A DNA stretch of 64,000 bases from Octopus sinensis (GCF_006345805.1 NC_042999.1:120900001-120964000), one strand, 5' to 3'. Numbered from the stretch's first letter, positions 27,481 through 41,397 are shown. A program made the numbers and translations. The notes: a model not told the origin generated them from the letters alone.

Positions 27481-28978
27481 AATCTAAGGCATCCTATGTT
27501 TTATTTCTTACTTTCTCTCTTCGTCTCTATCTCCCCTCTCTCTCCCTCTTTCTCTCTCTCTCTCCTCCTCTTTCTCTCTCTCTCCTCCTCTTTCTCTCTC
27601 TCTCTCCTCCTCTTTCTCTCTCTCTCTCCTCCTCTTTCTCTCTCTTTCTTTCTATTGATGTCATTAATAACATCCCTTCTCAACTTTTCAACTTCTCTGA
27701 TATGTTATTGCTCTTCGGGCGAGAAACCAACAAATAATGTGTGTGTATGTTAATAGCAAGAAAGTTATAGACCAATATGCTCGGGTGTTATTAAAACTTT
27801 TGTCTAGGAAATTGATGTGACTGTCTCAAACAGATATTCAAAGGCTGATTGTAGTCCTCTAACCAGTTCATTGTTTGATCACGTTGCATACTTATGAATA
27901 ACCGTCTCAAATTGTTGATCATGTTTTTCCAAATTACATTGCTCTTCTGAATGCATTACTGAGATATTATATATTATGGAGAACCACAATCGCAGTCGAC
28001 ACTATTATACTATTTCCGCTTCATTTCTGAACCATCTTATTTTTTAAAATACTTTTTTTCTTCCGTGTTTTTTATCCACCTGATCAAGCTTGAATTTTGG
28101 TTTATGCTGGTATATTTTCTGTTATTTTTAATTAGTCTTTAAAAGACTTTTCATTTAAATACATTAGTTTCTCAACAGCGGTGTTCATGTTTATGGAAGA
28201 CGTTTACTTAGCATATTTCATAATACTTCATTAAGCTTCTCTGTTGCTTTGAAAGTCTCCTCTGTTTAATTATTTACTATCTGCGCGATATATTCAGAAT
28301 GAAGCCATTGTTTTGTTCTTTTTATTACGTTTTGCTAACTATCTTAACTTCAGGATGAGGATATTCTAGCAATAAGTTATTGCTACATCAACTCGAATAT
28401 CCATCTCCATTTTTATTAAACTTAATTGTCGTTGTCTTACTACGAATTATCATTCATTTCTGTTTCATAGAGCTTTTGGTTTTGGGACTATTTGCTCCCA
28501 AATTAGCTATTTAGTTGAAGTCTAGAGATACTCTTAGACCAGGATTAACTTCTTTCTCAATCTGATTCAGTAATTGCAAAATAATTACTCTGCATCGACT
28601 TACGTCTGACTTTTTTTTGCAGGTATTGATGAGCAAATTTCGACCATTTATTTGGTTTGTCATTATTGTCATGGGGTTGAATTATTTCTAGTAATATTGA
28701 ATTATTTCTAGCAATATTTTGTACTTTTATGCAAAATTTAAAATTACACATTATCCTTGTAAATCTTGGCCAAGTAATGTGGTCTTTAGTTGCATTTTTT
28801 AATATATTTTTATATGCAAGACTCGATCTTTCTGATTATGATACTCAATCATTCTGTTTGGATGCAGTTAATTGGCCATTAATATATAATAGATTATCAG
28901 CTGTTGATCTATGATGGTTAATCGACAGTTAAAAGAAGTACAATACATTTATATTAAGCAACAAATAGTATTATTATA

Positions 28979-29386
28979 AGGCACAGGAGTGGTTGTGTGG
29001 TAAGTAGCTTGCTTACCAACCACATGGTTCTGGGTTCATTCCCACTGCGTGGCACTTTGGGCAGGTGTCTTCTACTATAAACTCGGACCCACCAAAGCCT
29101 TGTGAGGGGATTTGGTAGACGGAAACTGAAAGAAGCCCGTCGTGTATATGTATATATATGTATGTATGTGTGTATATATGTGTGTGCGTCTGTGCTTGTC
29201 CCCCTAACATCGCTTGACAACCGATGCTGGTGTGCTTACGTACCCGTAACTTAGCGGTTCGGCAATAAAGAGCGATAGAATAAGTGCTAGGCTTCCAAAG
29301 AATAAGTCCTGAGGTCGATTTGCTCGACTAAAGGCGATGCTCCAGCATGGCCGCAGTCAAAGGACTGAAACAAGTAAAAGAGTAAA
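28979..29386 (+). mobile_element. SINE family A, near full length
   Basis: Complete head, body and GAAACAAGTAAAAGAGTAAA tail. Confidence 0.93.
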
Positions 29387-29556
29387 CGATACACATGTAT
29401 TCTTCAGCTTTTTGCCATCATTTATTTTCTTCTGAATCATTACAGTTCATCTTTGACCATCCATTCAGTTACAATTTCTTGGTGTACACAGCCTTTTGTT
29501 GATTAGCATGAAAATTCACCAAAACCTTGTACCAAAAACCTAGCTCTGGCCCAGCT

Positions 29557-29641
<85 letters not shown>

Positions 29642-29829
29642 ATGTAGCAATATTAGCATCATTATCGTCGTTATCATTATTGCCGTCATCACCATAGTCA
29701 TCACCTAAATAATTATTATTAAATCTTACAGCGCTCAGATGTATATTTAAATGAATGCTGTAATGCGAAGATATAGCTTAATTCACTCCGAATATATTGA
29801 ATCTATTAGTTAGATCAGCTGGCAGGAAA

Positions 29830-30720
29830 ATATTTGAAGAAGAAACCCCGTTGACTCTTTGCCCTTATCAAGAAAGTCTTGATGTTTGACGATGAAGATG
29901 AATTGCAAATTGAAGAAGAGTCGATTATAAGACTGGAAGGTTAAAAAAGAAACACTGATGATAGACCATCGTTAACTATTTGCAAATTTTATTTTCAATT
30001 TGTCAGCTTTCTCTAATTGGTTGAGGTATGGTTCACAATAGTGATTCCAACGTCGAAATATATTCAAATAACAGTCCAACTTATAAAAGGCAAAAGATGC
30101 ATAGTGTTGAAAATGCTTACTTAAAGACTGACGGTAAAAACGTTAAAAAAACATCGCAAACGACAGAGACAACTTTTGAGAGACGCTGTAGGAAAGGACA
30201 CGATAGGAATGAGTTATACCCATAAAGACAGTCACTACCTTCCCAAATATTTTATCAAAATAAAGATAATGAGGAAATCAACATAACTTTACAAATACTT
30301 CTTAAGTCCTGACGGTACCCGAAGCTCTATTGCTAACCCTGAGTTATACTATATACACTGATAAAAGATTGAAGAGACTGAATCAGATGGTGATACAAGT
30401 TTTAAGGTCAATTTCCTACACTTACGGTAGCGAAGTGTATTCAATGGCTTACTGTTTGCTAGGAAGAAAGTTGAATAAGGAAAGCAAATGGCCCAAAAGA
30501 CGGTGACAACAGCAGGCACTGGATGTAAAAACACTGTTGCGGCTGCTTTTTTCACAAAATCATCGATCACTTCTTTCCGAGGTTGCCTAGAGAGGAAGTT
30601 AATGCAATCAAAATCACCTTACCTTCAATAATGACACCGCAGTACATCGATTGAAGCTTATGAATAAACTGAGTGTTTTCTTCCTCCAGCACATGAGTGA
30701 CCACAGACTAAAAACGATAT
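29830..30720 (+). mobile_element. Possible piggyBac-like transposase relic
   Basis: Acidic N-terminal stretch, PSQIFYQNKDNEEI, AYCLLGRK and NHLTFNNDT (cf. LHFNDN) are in the expected order; no TTAA/TIR found. Confidence 0.3.
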
Positions 30721-30886
30721 CCTAGTGACATAATCTACACTATTCATCAATTAACAGTTTAAGAATGACGGTTTGCTTTTATTATAACCAACGACTATTG
30801 TTGAAGTACTGTTACTAACTGTTTGAACACTGTTGTCCGTGGGGATTCTTTTGCAGTTCCTATTCTTCGTAATTATTTTACTTTCC

Positions 30887-32333
30887 TTGTTAGTTAGTTA
30901 GTTAGTTAGTTAGTTAATTTGGCTCAAAAGCAAATAGCAAGGCCATGTAGGGGGACATGGAGTTAAGTACAGGGTGGTGTTCATGTAAAGAGTTCAGGCC
31001 ACTTGAGGTCAAGGGAGGCTTTGAACAAAGCGGTCGTCGGCATATTCACCATCTCGTCTGGCAGCTTGTTCCGCGGATCCGCAACCCGGACGGAGAAAGC
31101 TCCTCTCCTTCGATTGAGATGAAATCGTCGCAGGTAGAGCTTTTCGGAATGACCCCGCAGCCGACGCTCTGGAGCAGGAGTGAAGAACAGCTCTTTCGAG
31201 AGGTTACACTTTCCGCTTATGATGTTGTGGGCGAGAATGAGATCACCACGGCGGCGGCGTTTTTCAAGAGAATAAAGGTCGAGCGTCCTCAGCCTTTCTT
31301 CGTAGGACAAATTTTTGAGACCATGAACCATGCGGGTAGCCAGCTTCTGGACTCTTTCGAGATGCTGTATGTCGTTGAGGAGATAAGGAAAAGAGGCTTG
31401 AATCCCATACTCCAATATGGGTCTCACCAGCGTGACATAGAGTGGTAGGAATATGGCTGCTGTGAGCATTCCGAATGACCGTCGAATCAAGAACAGAATT
31501 CCGCGTGCTTTGTTGGCAGCATGGACGCACTGGGCCGAAGGCGAAAAGGAGGAATCCACCAAGATACCTAGGTCCTTTACCTGATCGGTCCTCTCCAGCA
31601 GCAGACGACCCGGCTCGAAATCAAGTTGAGTTGCAGGAGTAGAGCCGACAGGCAGATGACAGCACTTTGACACGTTCAGACACAGGTCCCGGCTGGACAT
31701 GGGCAAAGAATGCTTTTGGATTGCTACTGGCATTTGCCGCGATTTTGTATTCGTAACTGAAGCGTTCTTTCTTTTCAATTTTCACGGCTCGGTCTCGTTG
31801 AGTTTTGTACACCTCAAAAGCTGCAGTCGAATCCAGATTTTTGAATTCAGCCCAAGCAATATCTCTGAGTCGACGTTCTCGTTTAACCCTCTTCGTCACC
31901 CAGGGCTTGTGTTTCTTCCTCTTGGGAAGCCCAACGGGAACTGCCTGGTCAGTCAAACAGATTACATATGCTTTGAGGGATGACCATAGTTCGTCAACTG
32001 AGGACAACGTCATCAGGGATCGCCAGTCCAGAAGCGCGGAAGCCTCGGTTAGAATTTCAAGATTAATTGCAGAGAAGACTCTACGTGGCAGCGAAGTAGT
32101 CGTGGGCGTAGAAAAAGTTGTGTGCATGACGAACTTCAGGACCGCATGATCACTCTTGGCAAGAGGTGCGCACACAGATACGTCTGACACTGATCTTGGA
32201 TAGCGGGAGAATACCAGATCTAGCATAGATGGCTGCTGCCCAGACCGATGCCTTGTCGGATATTCAACATGTTGCGATAGAAAACAATCTTCAGCCACGT
32301 CAAGAAGGGCCTGGCCGAACCGGGAAGATGTTG
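30887..32333 (-). mobile_element. CR1-clade LINE, 5'-truncated, with internal deletion of the RT core
   Basis: APE C-terminus (PTRHR..QQPSMLDLVF, LAKSDH), then post-RT region (KDLGILVDSS, RPILEY, LERVQKLATR, SYEERL..LDLYSLEKRRRRGDLI), a 3'UTR hairpin and a (TAAC)n tail. Confidence 0.93.
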
Positions 32334-32724
32334 TACAAATTGATTGTTATTTATGTTGTTTTTATTTCTTTATAACTTCTCCTAGTTCTTGATAAAATCA
32401 CTTCGGATTAGAGTCGAAATGTGTGTTTTGTTCAGAAATTAACAAATATTTGTGTTGTATTCTTAATCCATCGCTCGGTTCAACATCTCCACTTGGTCAC
32501 TGAGAACATTTAGCGGAATCTACTAGGTTGTCCTTATTGGAGCCAAGTCTCCAGTTTAATAATAGTTTGCTTCTTTCCTCCACAGAAACTCTGGGGAAAG
32601 CTATAGGCATTTCCCCTTATCTTCTAAGATATAGTTAAAAAATAATGCATGTCTTACGACATGCATTCTCTATTTTGCTTTTAGTCGTGTCGTTTCGATG
32701 TTGGTTCCATTAAGGGTTCTTTCA

Positions 32725-32922
32725 TTCTTTTACGTGCTTCATTCGTTTGACTGCGGCCATGCTAGAGCACTGACTTTACTCGAACAAATCGACCCTTGGA
32801 CTTATTCTTCGTAAGCCTAACACTTATTCTATCGGTCTCTATTGCCGAACCGCTAAGTTACGGGGACGTAAACACAGCAGCATCGGCTGTCAAGCGATGG
32901 TGGGGGGACAAACACAGACACA

Positions 32923-33004
<82 letters not shown>

Positions 33005-33139
33005 GGACTTCTTTCAGCTTCCGTCTACCAAATCCACTCACAAGGCTTTGGCCGGCGCGAGGCACTTGCGCAAGATGTCACAAATGGGACTGGACCCGGA
33101 ACCATGTGGTTAAGAAGCAAGCTTCTTACCACACAGCCA
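32725..33139 (-). mobile_element. SINE family A
   Basis: Reverse complement of family A with internal (CA)n(TA)n. Confidence 0.9.
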
Positions 33140-33930
33140 TTTGTTAATTTGCTTCTCTTAATTTCTATTTCTATGTGATCACTTTCCATATGGTTCAGAT
33201 TTTGGTTTTTGGCTTATCATGTAATTATACTAGTAGCTGTACTAACTACCGGAAATGTAATTTTATTTAACCGGGTGATATTGATGTTCGTGACCATTTC
33301 TCAAAAATATTGATGGCGAGGAGTACGAATTTATTGTTGCAATCATTTTGTCGTTAAATTTATTGTTGGGAACATTCATTGATTCTTCGAAAAATTTACT
33401 GTATTAATTTTGTATTTACCTTCACCTTTAGATTGTTATGGTCTTTATTTCCACTTTCAGAATGTATCGTTACTATTTACATTTATGAATATTTTTGTTT
33501 GTGTAATATTCTGAAGTTTGTCTAGACTTACTTTTTATTTTCCCATGTTTTGTCCATATTAGACAAGTTTTGTTTTGTTTTGTTTTGTTTTTTTTCGTGA
33601 TTTTTCAGTTTCTATATTTTATTGCGTGTTAGGAACCATTGCAATATGTTAATTGTATTTGTTTTGTTTTAGTTTCTCTTTGGTTTCTTCTATTCGCGTT
33701 GCTTTGAGAAAATATTTCCTTATGTAAGCTAGTCTGTTGCGATCTATCACAAAACTCTTCCGAATGTTTATAAATTGTATGATGTTAGTTTGGTATTTTT
33801 TTAGATCAGTATTGTTTAAAATGTGTATGTACAATAGAAACTTAATACTTCTATATCCATTTGAATTTTCCCCTTATTTGTGAAACCTGAAAAGTGCAGC
33901 CAGCTCTTTATTCATACGTCATTATTTTCG

Positions 33931-34200
33931 TTATTACCCTGAGCACGTAAGCGAAAGTAGGGAATTTCAGTCGCTTGTCTTAGTCGTTTAGTCTGTGTAT
34001 TTGCAAAATTACTGGGAAACGGCTGAACGGATTTTCACCAAATTTAGCAGAAATACTCTTTGGGTGAGTGGCTCGAACTCATTATTTTGGTTTGATTATA
34101 TTCAATGCGTAAACGATAAGCAGGGGAAATAACTCTTGATGTCATTTTGTCGAAATATGAATTTATTTTGCCCTTGTGTGCGACCCACCGATGCCTGCTT
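33931..34200 (+). mobile_element. Possible non-autonomous Helentron/HINE-like element
   Basis: Starts TTATTACCC, contains AAACGGCTGAACGGATTTTCACCAAATTT, ends ATGCCTGCTTTT; recognised from family resemblance only. Confidence 0.4.
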
Positions 34201-34404
34201 TTTAATTTTTTTTAATTTTATTTACTTCTGATGATGTTGATTGTTGTTTGTTTTGATAGCAAACATTTGCTTCAGATTTAATTCGGTCGTTTTTAATCGA
34301 TGTCGTATATATTTCGAAGTAGATAAATAACGTTTTCTTATGTTAAATGTTTCTGGTGCTCTCTTAATATTGTTATTAATATTCGTATACGTCGTATTGA
34401 TCTG

Positions 34405-34578
34405 CCGTCAAATTTCTTGGTGGTGTTCCTTTATAAACTTCCTGAGTTCAAAATCAACCGGGGCAACGGTATTTTTCTCTCGCCAGTCGATAAAACAAAG
34501 TACCAGTTGAGCACAGCGATCGATCGTATAACCCCTCCCCTCAAATACACTGGCCTTGTCTCTAAATTAGAAATCATA
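34405..34578 (+). mobile_element. Diverged SINE family B
   Basis: CTGAGTTCAAAATC...GTCGATAAAACAAAGTACCAGTTGAGCAC...CTGGCCTTGT...TTAGAAATCATAA. Confidence 0.7.
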
Positions 34579-35299
34579 ACTTTTGCATTGGTTCTTTTAA
34601 TTTGAATGTTAGTCTTTTCTATCGTGATTTATTTAATAGAAATAATTTTATTGGATAATTTGAAAACAAGAGAGTTCCTCATTTCCTCAGAGTTGAGAAA
34701 ATGTCTGTCTCTTAGACATTTATTTAATTTTAAAATTATTGTTCACATGCTAATTGATAACGATGGCTTCTTTTCGAAGAACAATGGAAGATAATAGCCA
34801 CAAACGCAGCGACACTGATCATACCCCCAAGGAAAACACTAATGAAAGATATTCACTTCGAAATTAAAAGTACTACAGAAAAATAACTAAACAGGCGAAA
34901 AATGTTAATATTGAACAAGTACACACAGTAAACATTCAGACTATAACAAATGAAGTGAATCTTTTATTAATAACAGTAATATGAATGGCAGCAGTTTTGC
35001 AAGTGTTACTGGTCAAATGAAGCAACTTAATATAGACTAACTTCTGAAAGAAGGCATGGGATGACAGATGTAGTGGATCTTGCATGCATGAGGTGGATTC
35101 GATCCACCATAGCCAAATTTAAATTAACACTGCAACAGAACTTTTCCCACGTTGGAACAATGGTTTTTCTCTGACAGCAGTTTTACATTTTCCAGATACC
35201 TTTAGCTAGGCCGAAATAATGTATTCACCACTTAACCTTTTCTAACCTATTCTACTTCACCAAAAGATAGAATAGAGATAATAAGACCACCAACTAAAT

Positions 35300-36606
35300 A
35301 TATCTACATTCTGGATAGTTATATAAGAGAGCACACCCCAAGCAAAACTCAGTTAATCAAAGTCGGTGACGACTCAACGAGTTCAGTCACCTCGGTGACG
35401 ACGAAGTCTGGCTGACCAGCTAGAACATTGGTCAGAGGGAGAAATGAAGTTTACTGTCAGCAACTGTGAGACAACGTCCCACACCCTACAACTCTCACTA
35501 GCTCCAATTCTTTTCTCTTACAACATCGTTCTATCTCTCTCTCTGTATTTACTACTAAACAATGAAGAGGACACAAACACAAACTTTACTTCGCATGCTT
35601 GTGGATTTATTATAACTTGCCCGTCCAGGCAAGGTATTTGTAACGTAACGGTAAATAAATACTTTCTTAAAACTTCATGCATTGTTCGTCTTTCACATCC
35701 TACAGTATGCAATTATAACAACACATTTTTATCATCACAAACCGGTGACCCAGAACAAGAGAATTGCAACCTTCCCAAAAACCAACCGTTAGAAACTGGC
35801 GGCCCCAACGTTGCACCACAATAGGCATCGCTACAAAAATAAAACTTTATCGTTACATATATTACCAAACAAAACTTTTTTTATTATTTTTCACACTTCA
35901 TTGAAGAACTACTTGTTCCTTGCAGTAAACAGAGAGCAATTCCTCCTTATACCTTCAAAATATTAACTGGTGGTGTCCCAGGCCCATGTGAAGAAAAATA
36001 TGTCCTTCATTTTCTGGAAAACATTATGAAAGTCGTAATAACTCTTCAAAGAACACAGTGCCGTTTTAAAGCTGTACCCCGTCGTTGGTGCAGAACGTAG
36101 AGCCATGAGATTTGTCGTACAGTACAGAGTGTACAGCCTCTAGTTGTATTGAATCAAAGGTAACTTCAGCGTTTGTGTCAAGAGATTATCAGACAGAAAC
36201 AAACAACAGATCAGAAATTGCAACGAAAAAACAGCCTACAGAAACTGAGGTACCAGTTCAGAGAGATTGCAATGGTACATGGGAAAATCTGAGGTCTAAA
36301 CTTCATCGTCATCCCCAGCAAAAACGGAACAGAAATGTCACTAGAGTTTTCTTATTTCGATCGCATATGAAGATAGCTCTGGCATTTTCAACTATCTTTG
36401 AATTCTGCAACAGTATGGTAATAATGAGCAGGAAAAAGTGTTACACTTCCAAAAGGAATGTGGTCTGCACTCCTGTCTCTATTGTTGCTATCATCAGTCT
36501 GTTTGCAACCATAACAGCAGCAACAGCCACAACAAATAAACTAAACCCCTCTCGAACAGAAATAGACGTAAAAGATATCGCGGAGAACTGTTGCTTCAAA
36601 AAGTAA
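35300..36606 (+). mobile_element. Decayed Gypsy (CsRn1-like) 5' LTR, PBS and gag remnant
   Basis: AATAAA at 35654, CA at 35738-39, tRNA-Trp-like PBS CGGTGACCC (cf. TGGTGACCC) at 35743-35751, then frameshifted PPY..WW.SQA and C..QQYGNN.RKKCYT. The 5' boundary is unresolved. Confidence 0.42.
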
Positions 36607-36627
36607 ATAAAACAAGAGGAAAATCAC

Positions 36628-36795
36628 TTCGTCTGCTTTTACGTTCTGAGATCATAATCCGCTGAGGTTGACTTTTCATTTAAACCTTTCCCAGTTGATA
36701 AAATAAGTACCGGCGTTGACGCAATCGACTTCTCCACTCCTTAAACACTGCTGGTCCTGAGCCAAAATTTGAAACCATTGATATTATTATTATTA
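36628..36795 (+). mobile_element. SINE family B, 5'-truncated
   Basis: GTTCTGAGATCATAATCCGCTGAGGTTGAC...GATAAAATAAGTACC...AAAATTTGAAACCATT. Confidence 0.75.
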
Positions 36796-37985
36796 TGATT
36801 ATTATGCTTGGCTTTTACATTTTATTTGTACAAGTTGATTTTAAGTCTCACCCAGAGACCTCAAGTGACAAGTTAATTCAGATTGTTGTTATGACTAGTG
36901 TGCCATATTTTTGGTATTGCAAAAAGTATTGCTCCTAAGAGTGTCAAAACAAGAAAATTAAGAGTTTTTTTTAAAGTAGTTTGATTATAAGATGAGAGTG
37001 TGATCTTAAAATGACAGTAAAATGTGTTTGCTATTTTGTACATTTAAAAGTATTTTTGACAACATTATCATTATCTTTTTTCTCTTTATCACAGGTTTTA
37101 TTGAAGCTCCTGGAGTTTTGCATGCGTAGCGGGCTTACTACCTGCAGCCTACGGTACCATGCTTTCCTTTTTTTCAGCTTACTAATACTTACCTGATTGT
37201 TCTGACTGTGCCAAGGACGCAAATCTTTTGTGGTAGTTTTATGGGCACTATATTCCAGTTTTCTTTATATTCCCCTTGATGCCTTCTAATATTGTCCCCG
37301 AGAACCCAACAATAATAAGCACTATCTTCACCTTCATTTTCCATATCCGGGCTATTTTGTACTTAAGAGGGTTGTATTGTTCTCGAACTTCGTTGTTAGT
37401 GGTCCGAGTGCCCCTACAAGTAATATGATGTCAAATACTTTCTTGCAATTTCGTCTTGCATTTTTCTAGTTCTTTGCCACTTATGCATGCATCCCTAGGT
37501 ATTGTAATATCCATAATATTGTTTTCCCTTTTGTATCTACCACAACAATGCCTGGTCACCGAGCATCGTTTAGGGAGTCACACTGGATTGTAAAATCCCA
37601 CAGTCTCTTATATTCCTTGTTTCCAATGACTCTTTGTGGAATCGATGTAATCAATTATCCCCCTCCTCCTAAAATTACTTCCCTCCCACCAGAATTTGAG
37701 ACCATTATTGTGGGGTTTTGTTTGTTGTTAATGCTGTTGTTCCTGCTGCTACCATTATTGCTATTGCTGTTGTTGTTACTGTTATTTGTGTTGTTTTGTA
37801 ACTTTTGTTACATATCCTATCAGGCTGTCCACAGTGGAGTAATTTTCTGGACTGCATAGTATTTTTTATGTTGCTCCAGGATGTTATTCATCTTGTTATT
37901 CACGAATTCTGGAATTCCAATGGCCATATGATATTGCTTTCGTTTTCGCATTCAATTTCCTGTCGATTTTGATTTCCAACCCTTT
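36786..37985 (-). mobile_element. Stack of R4/Dong LINE 3' fragments (RLE endonuclease and 3'UTRs)
   Basis: Minus strand LWDFTIQCD...R*PGIVVVD...MDITIP...ELEK...QKICVLGTVRTIR at 37200-37630, a second C-terminus AIG...VQKITPLWTA at 37810-37985, and (AAT)-type tails at ~37065 and ~36790. Confidence 0.75.
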
Positions 37986-38010
37986 GTTGCTGTTGTTGTT
38001 GTTATCGTAG

Positions 38011-38101
<91 letters not shown>

Positions 38102-39832
38102 TGTTGTTGTAGTTGTTGTTGTTGTTGTTGTTTGCATTATATTCAAAGGAATTTCACCTGATTGTTCTGTAAAATAAATGCAGTTCATTCTTAGGTGTAA
38201 ACCTTCATAGTTTATAGGAATATTCATGCACGACTAAAAATTGAAAATATGTTGTCGTGTATATTCATATTTTACTACTGGTGTACTTATTTTAATATTG
38301 TAGTATATAGTTTAGGCAATATTTTTGTTGAAGTCTATGTCAGGTGTGGTGTTTGAAGTGTAATTCGGTGGTTTATTTTAGCTTTAAGTATATTTCCCTC
38401 GCGATGGTTTCAATAGAGAAGTTGAAAAATATCTTCGATATTTATGTTCCTTCTGTGTTATTTTTTACCTTTTCGATTGTATATTATGTTATAAGTTTTG
38501 TGCGACTCAGTGTAGAGAGTGTATTATAGTTCATAAAATCCGCTATATGCAATCGAAGCAATATTAAAATAAAATCACAACTTATGTATTATACTTAATA
38601 TAAATATATCATTAAAAGACAATTTACTGCGGCATTTATCCAGGGATAACATTCCTTATGGAAGGGCTGTGTCTAAACACAATACACATCGGACGAAGCC
38701 GAAAATCTTCCCGGCATTTTTAATTGCTTCTATTACATATAACGGATGTATACATACTTACATACATACACACATACATACATACATACACACTGGTGTA
38801 TGTATGTGTGTACATATATACATACACACATGTGTGTACAACATACATACATACGCTGGTGAAATGTCCTATTGAAAACGGCAATAAAATGTAAATACAA
38901 TAGACCTGATATAATGATTTGGGATAGAGAATGGAAACTGTGTACAACTGTGGAAATTTGCTGTCCAGCGGATGCTAACATAAAGCTGAACTTAAGTGGA
39001 AAAGAGAATACCTACTCTGAACTATCGAAAACTTTGCAGTTATTCTAGATTAGAAGTTCAAGTTTATACAAGTTCAGATTTATACAACTTATTTAAATAT
39101 ATGTGAGCACGTCTAGAAATGCAAGAATATGCATGAGAAGGCATAGATAAAACAAAACATATAAATCTGCACGTATACATGCATACAAAAATACCCTGTT
39201 GATGTTAAAATTCCGATGAAAGAGTCTTGGATCTAGACTCTTGGTAAGAAATTTTGAAATATAACTGAATAATGACATACATATACACATTAGCTATTGG
39301 CAAAAAAAGTAATCTTTTAAACGAATATTAATTAATAAATCCAACCTAATTTGGTAGCGTATTTTAGAACGCCGTACATCAGCAATTTACGTTTAAATCA
39401 TGTGACCTATGTGTGTCATTCGCTGGTGCTGAAAATATTTCGATCTAGTATTCCAAGTTTTGTTACCTATTGGTGACTATTTCCAATTTACGGTGATATC
39501 ACATGATACTAGAGTAACAACCAGTATTGCCAAATTTTTGTCAACCGACATAATCTGTGCTTTCGGGACGCTTACCGCAGTCTAAAGTCTGTCAAACTGT
39601 TTAAAAAGTCAGTTGTGTCGTGAAAAGCTGGTGGGCTGTGTATAAATGACATTCCTCAGTTTAAAACGAAATCACATGATACAACATTACCAGCCACCGG
39701 TGCAGACGAAATTTCGTTAACCGATATATTGTGTGGCTTTTAGCATTCATCGACTACATGAGATAATTTTTCGGGGCGTTTACTGCAGTCTACGGCAGTC
39801 TAAACAACACATTCAAGTGCGGTTGGATGTGC

Positions 39833-39865
<33 letters not shown>

Positions 39866-39892
39866 TTTATATATATATATATATATATATAC

Positions 39893-40098
39893 TCTTTTAC
39901 TTGTTTCAGTCAATTCACTGCGGCGATGCTGGAGCACCGCATTTAGTCGAGCAATTCGAGCCCAGGACTTATACTTTGTAAGCTAGTACTTATTCTATCG
40001 GTCTCTTTTGCCGAACCGCTATTTTACGGGGTCGTAAACACCACAGCATCGGTTGTCTAGCGATTTGTGGGCGACAAGCACAGACACACAAATACACA

Positions 40099-40157
<59 letters not shown>

Positions 40158-40171
40158 ATATACATATATAC
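39893..40171 (-). mobile_element. SINE family A, head lost in (TA)n
   Basis: Reverse-complement 3' half of family A. Confidence 0.88.
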
Positions 40172-40178
40172 GACGCTT

Positions 40179-40248
<70 letters not shown>

Positions 40249-40711
40249 GCATATATATATATCCACATATATATGCATATATATGTATGCAGATATATAT
40301 GCAGATATATATATAGAGAGAGATATGGATACATAGATATGCATATAATATATATGTATATACATACTTGCATAATTTAAAATGATTTCATAATTAGTGT
40401 ACAAAATGCACTTTTTAATCGTCAGTGCAGACATAATCAAGACACAAAAATGAACAAACATCAACATACCAGACGAACATCAAATGTATCCAACATACCA
40501 CATTGGACTTGTTCACTCGTATGTATCTACGTAAGAGGCATGCTTTTCGAATTACATCTCGGCAAACGTGTATATTCAGAATAATTCAGCACTGAATATA
40601 TTCCAGTTAAATTTAAATTTTTTAAATAGGATAAAATCTTTATAAGAATTTATCAAGTAGTCAGCGTGAAAAACCTCATAAGTGAAAAATTATAATTATT
40701 CCCTTTAAATA

Positions 40712-40900
40712 TATTTATTTACATTAAAGGCATTAATACACATAAATGCCTCACTCTATGAGGGACTCTTAAAGTCAAAATTACCATAATAAATACATTC
40801 CCTCGCGTTCGGTGCACAGTATTTATTATGGTAATTTTGACTTTAAGAGTCCCTCTTAGCGTGAGGACATGTGTATTAATATCGTTAATATAAATAAAAA
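40712..40900. mobile_element. Fold-back MITE-like element
   Basis: Perfect 37-bp inverted repeat (40760-40796 / 40819-40855) around a 22-bp spacer, with imperfect outer pairing to ~40712/40900. Confidence 0.8.
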
Positions 40901-40902
40901 AT

Positions 40903-40978
<76 letters not shown>

Positions 40979-41165
40979 ATACATATATATATATACATAC
41001 ATGTATACATATATATATATATGTATATACATATACATAGAGGTATATATATATACATGCTTATATATAGATGTATACATATATATTTGCATATATATAC
41101 ATATACACATATATAGATATATACATATATATATACATATATATAGATGTATACATATATATATT

Positions 41166-41204
<39 letters not shown>

Positions 41205-41298
41205 TATATACATGTATGTATACATATATATATGTGTATACATGTATGAAGATATATATATACAAGTATGTATATATATATGCATATATTTGTATATA

Positions 41299-41377
<79 letters not shown>

Positions 41378-41397
41378 GCATATACATATACTCGTGA

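Noticed and set aside
27496-27683. ~21-bp CT-rich periodic array resembling a CRISPR-like or coding repeat
   Set aside because: Simple (CT)/(CCT) minisatellite without unique spacers.
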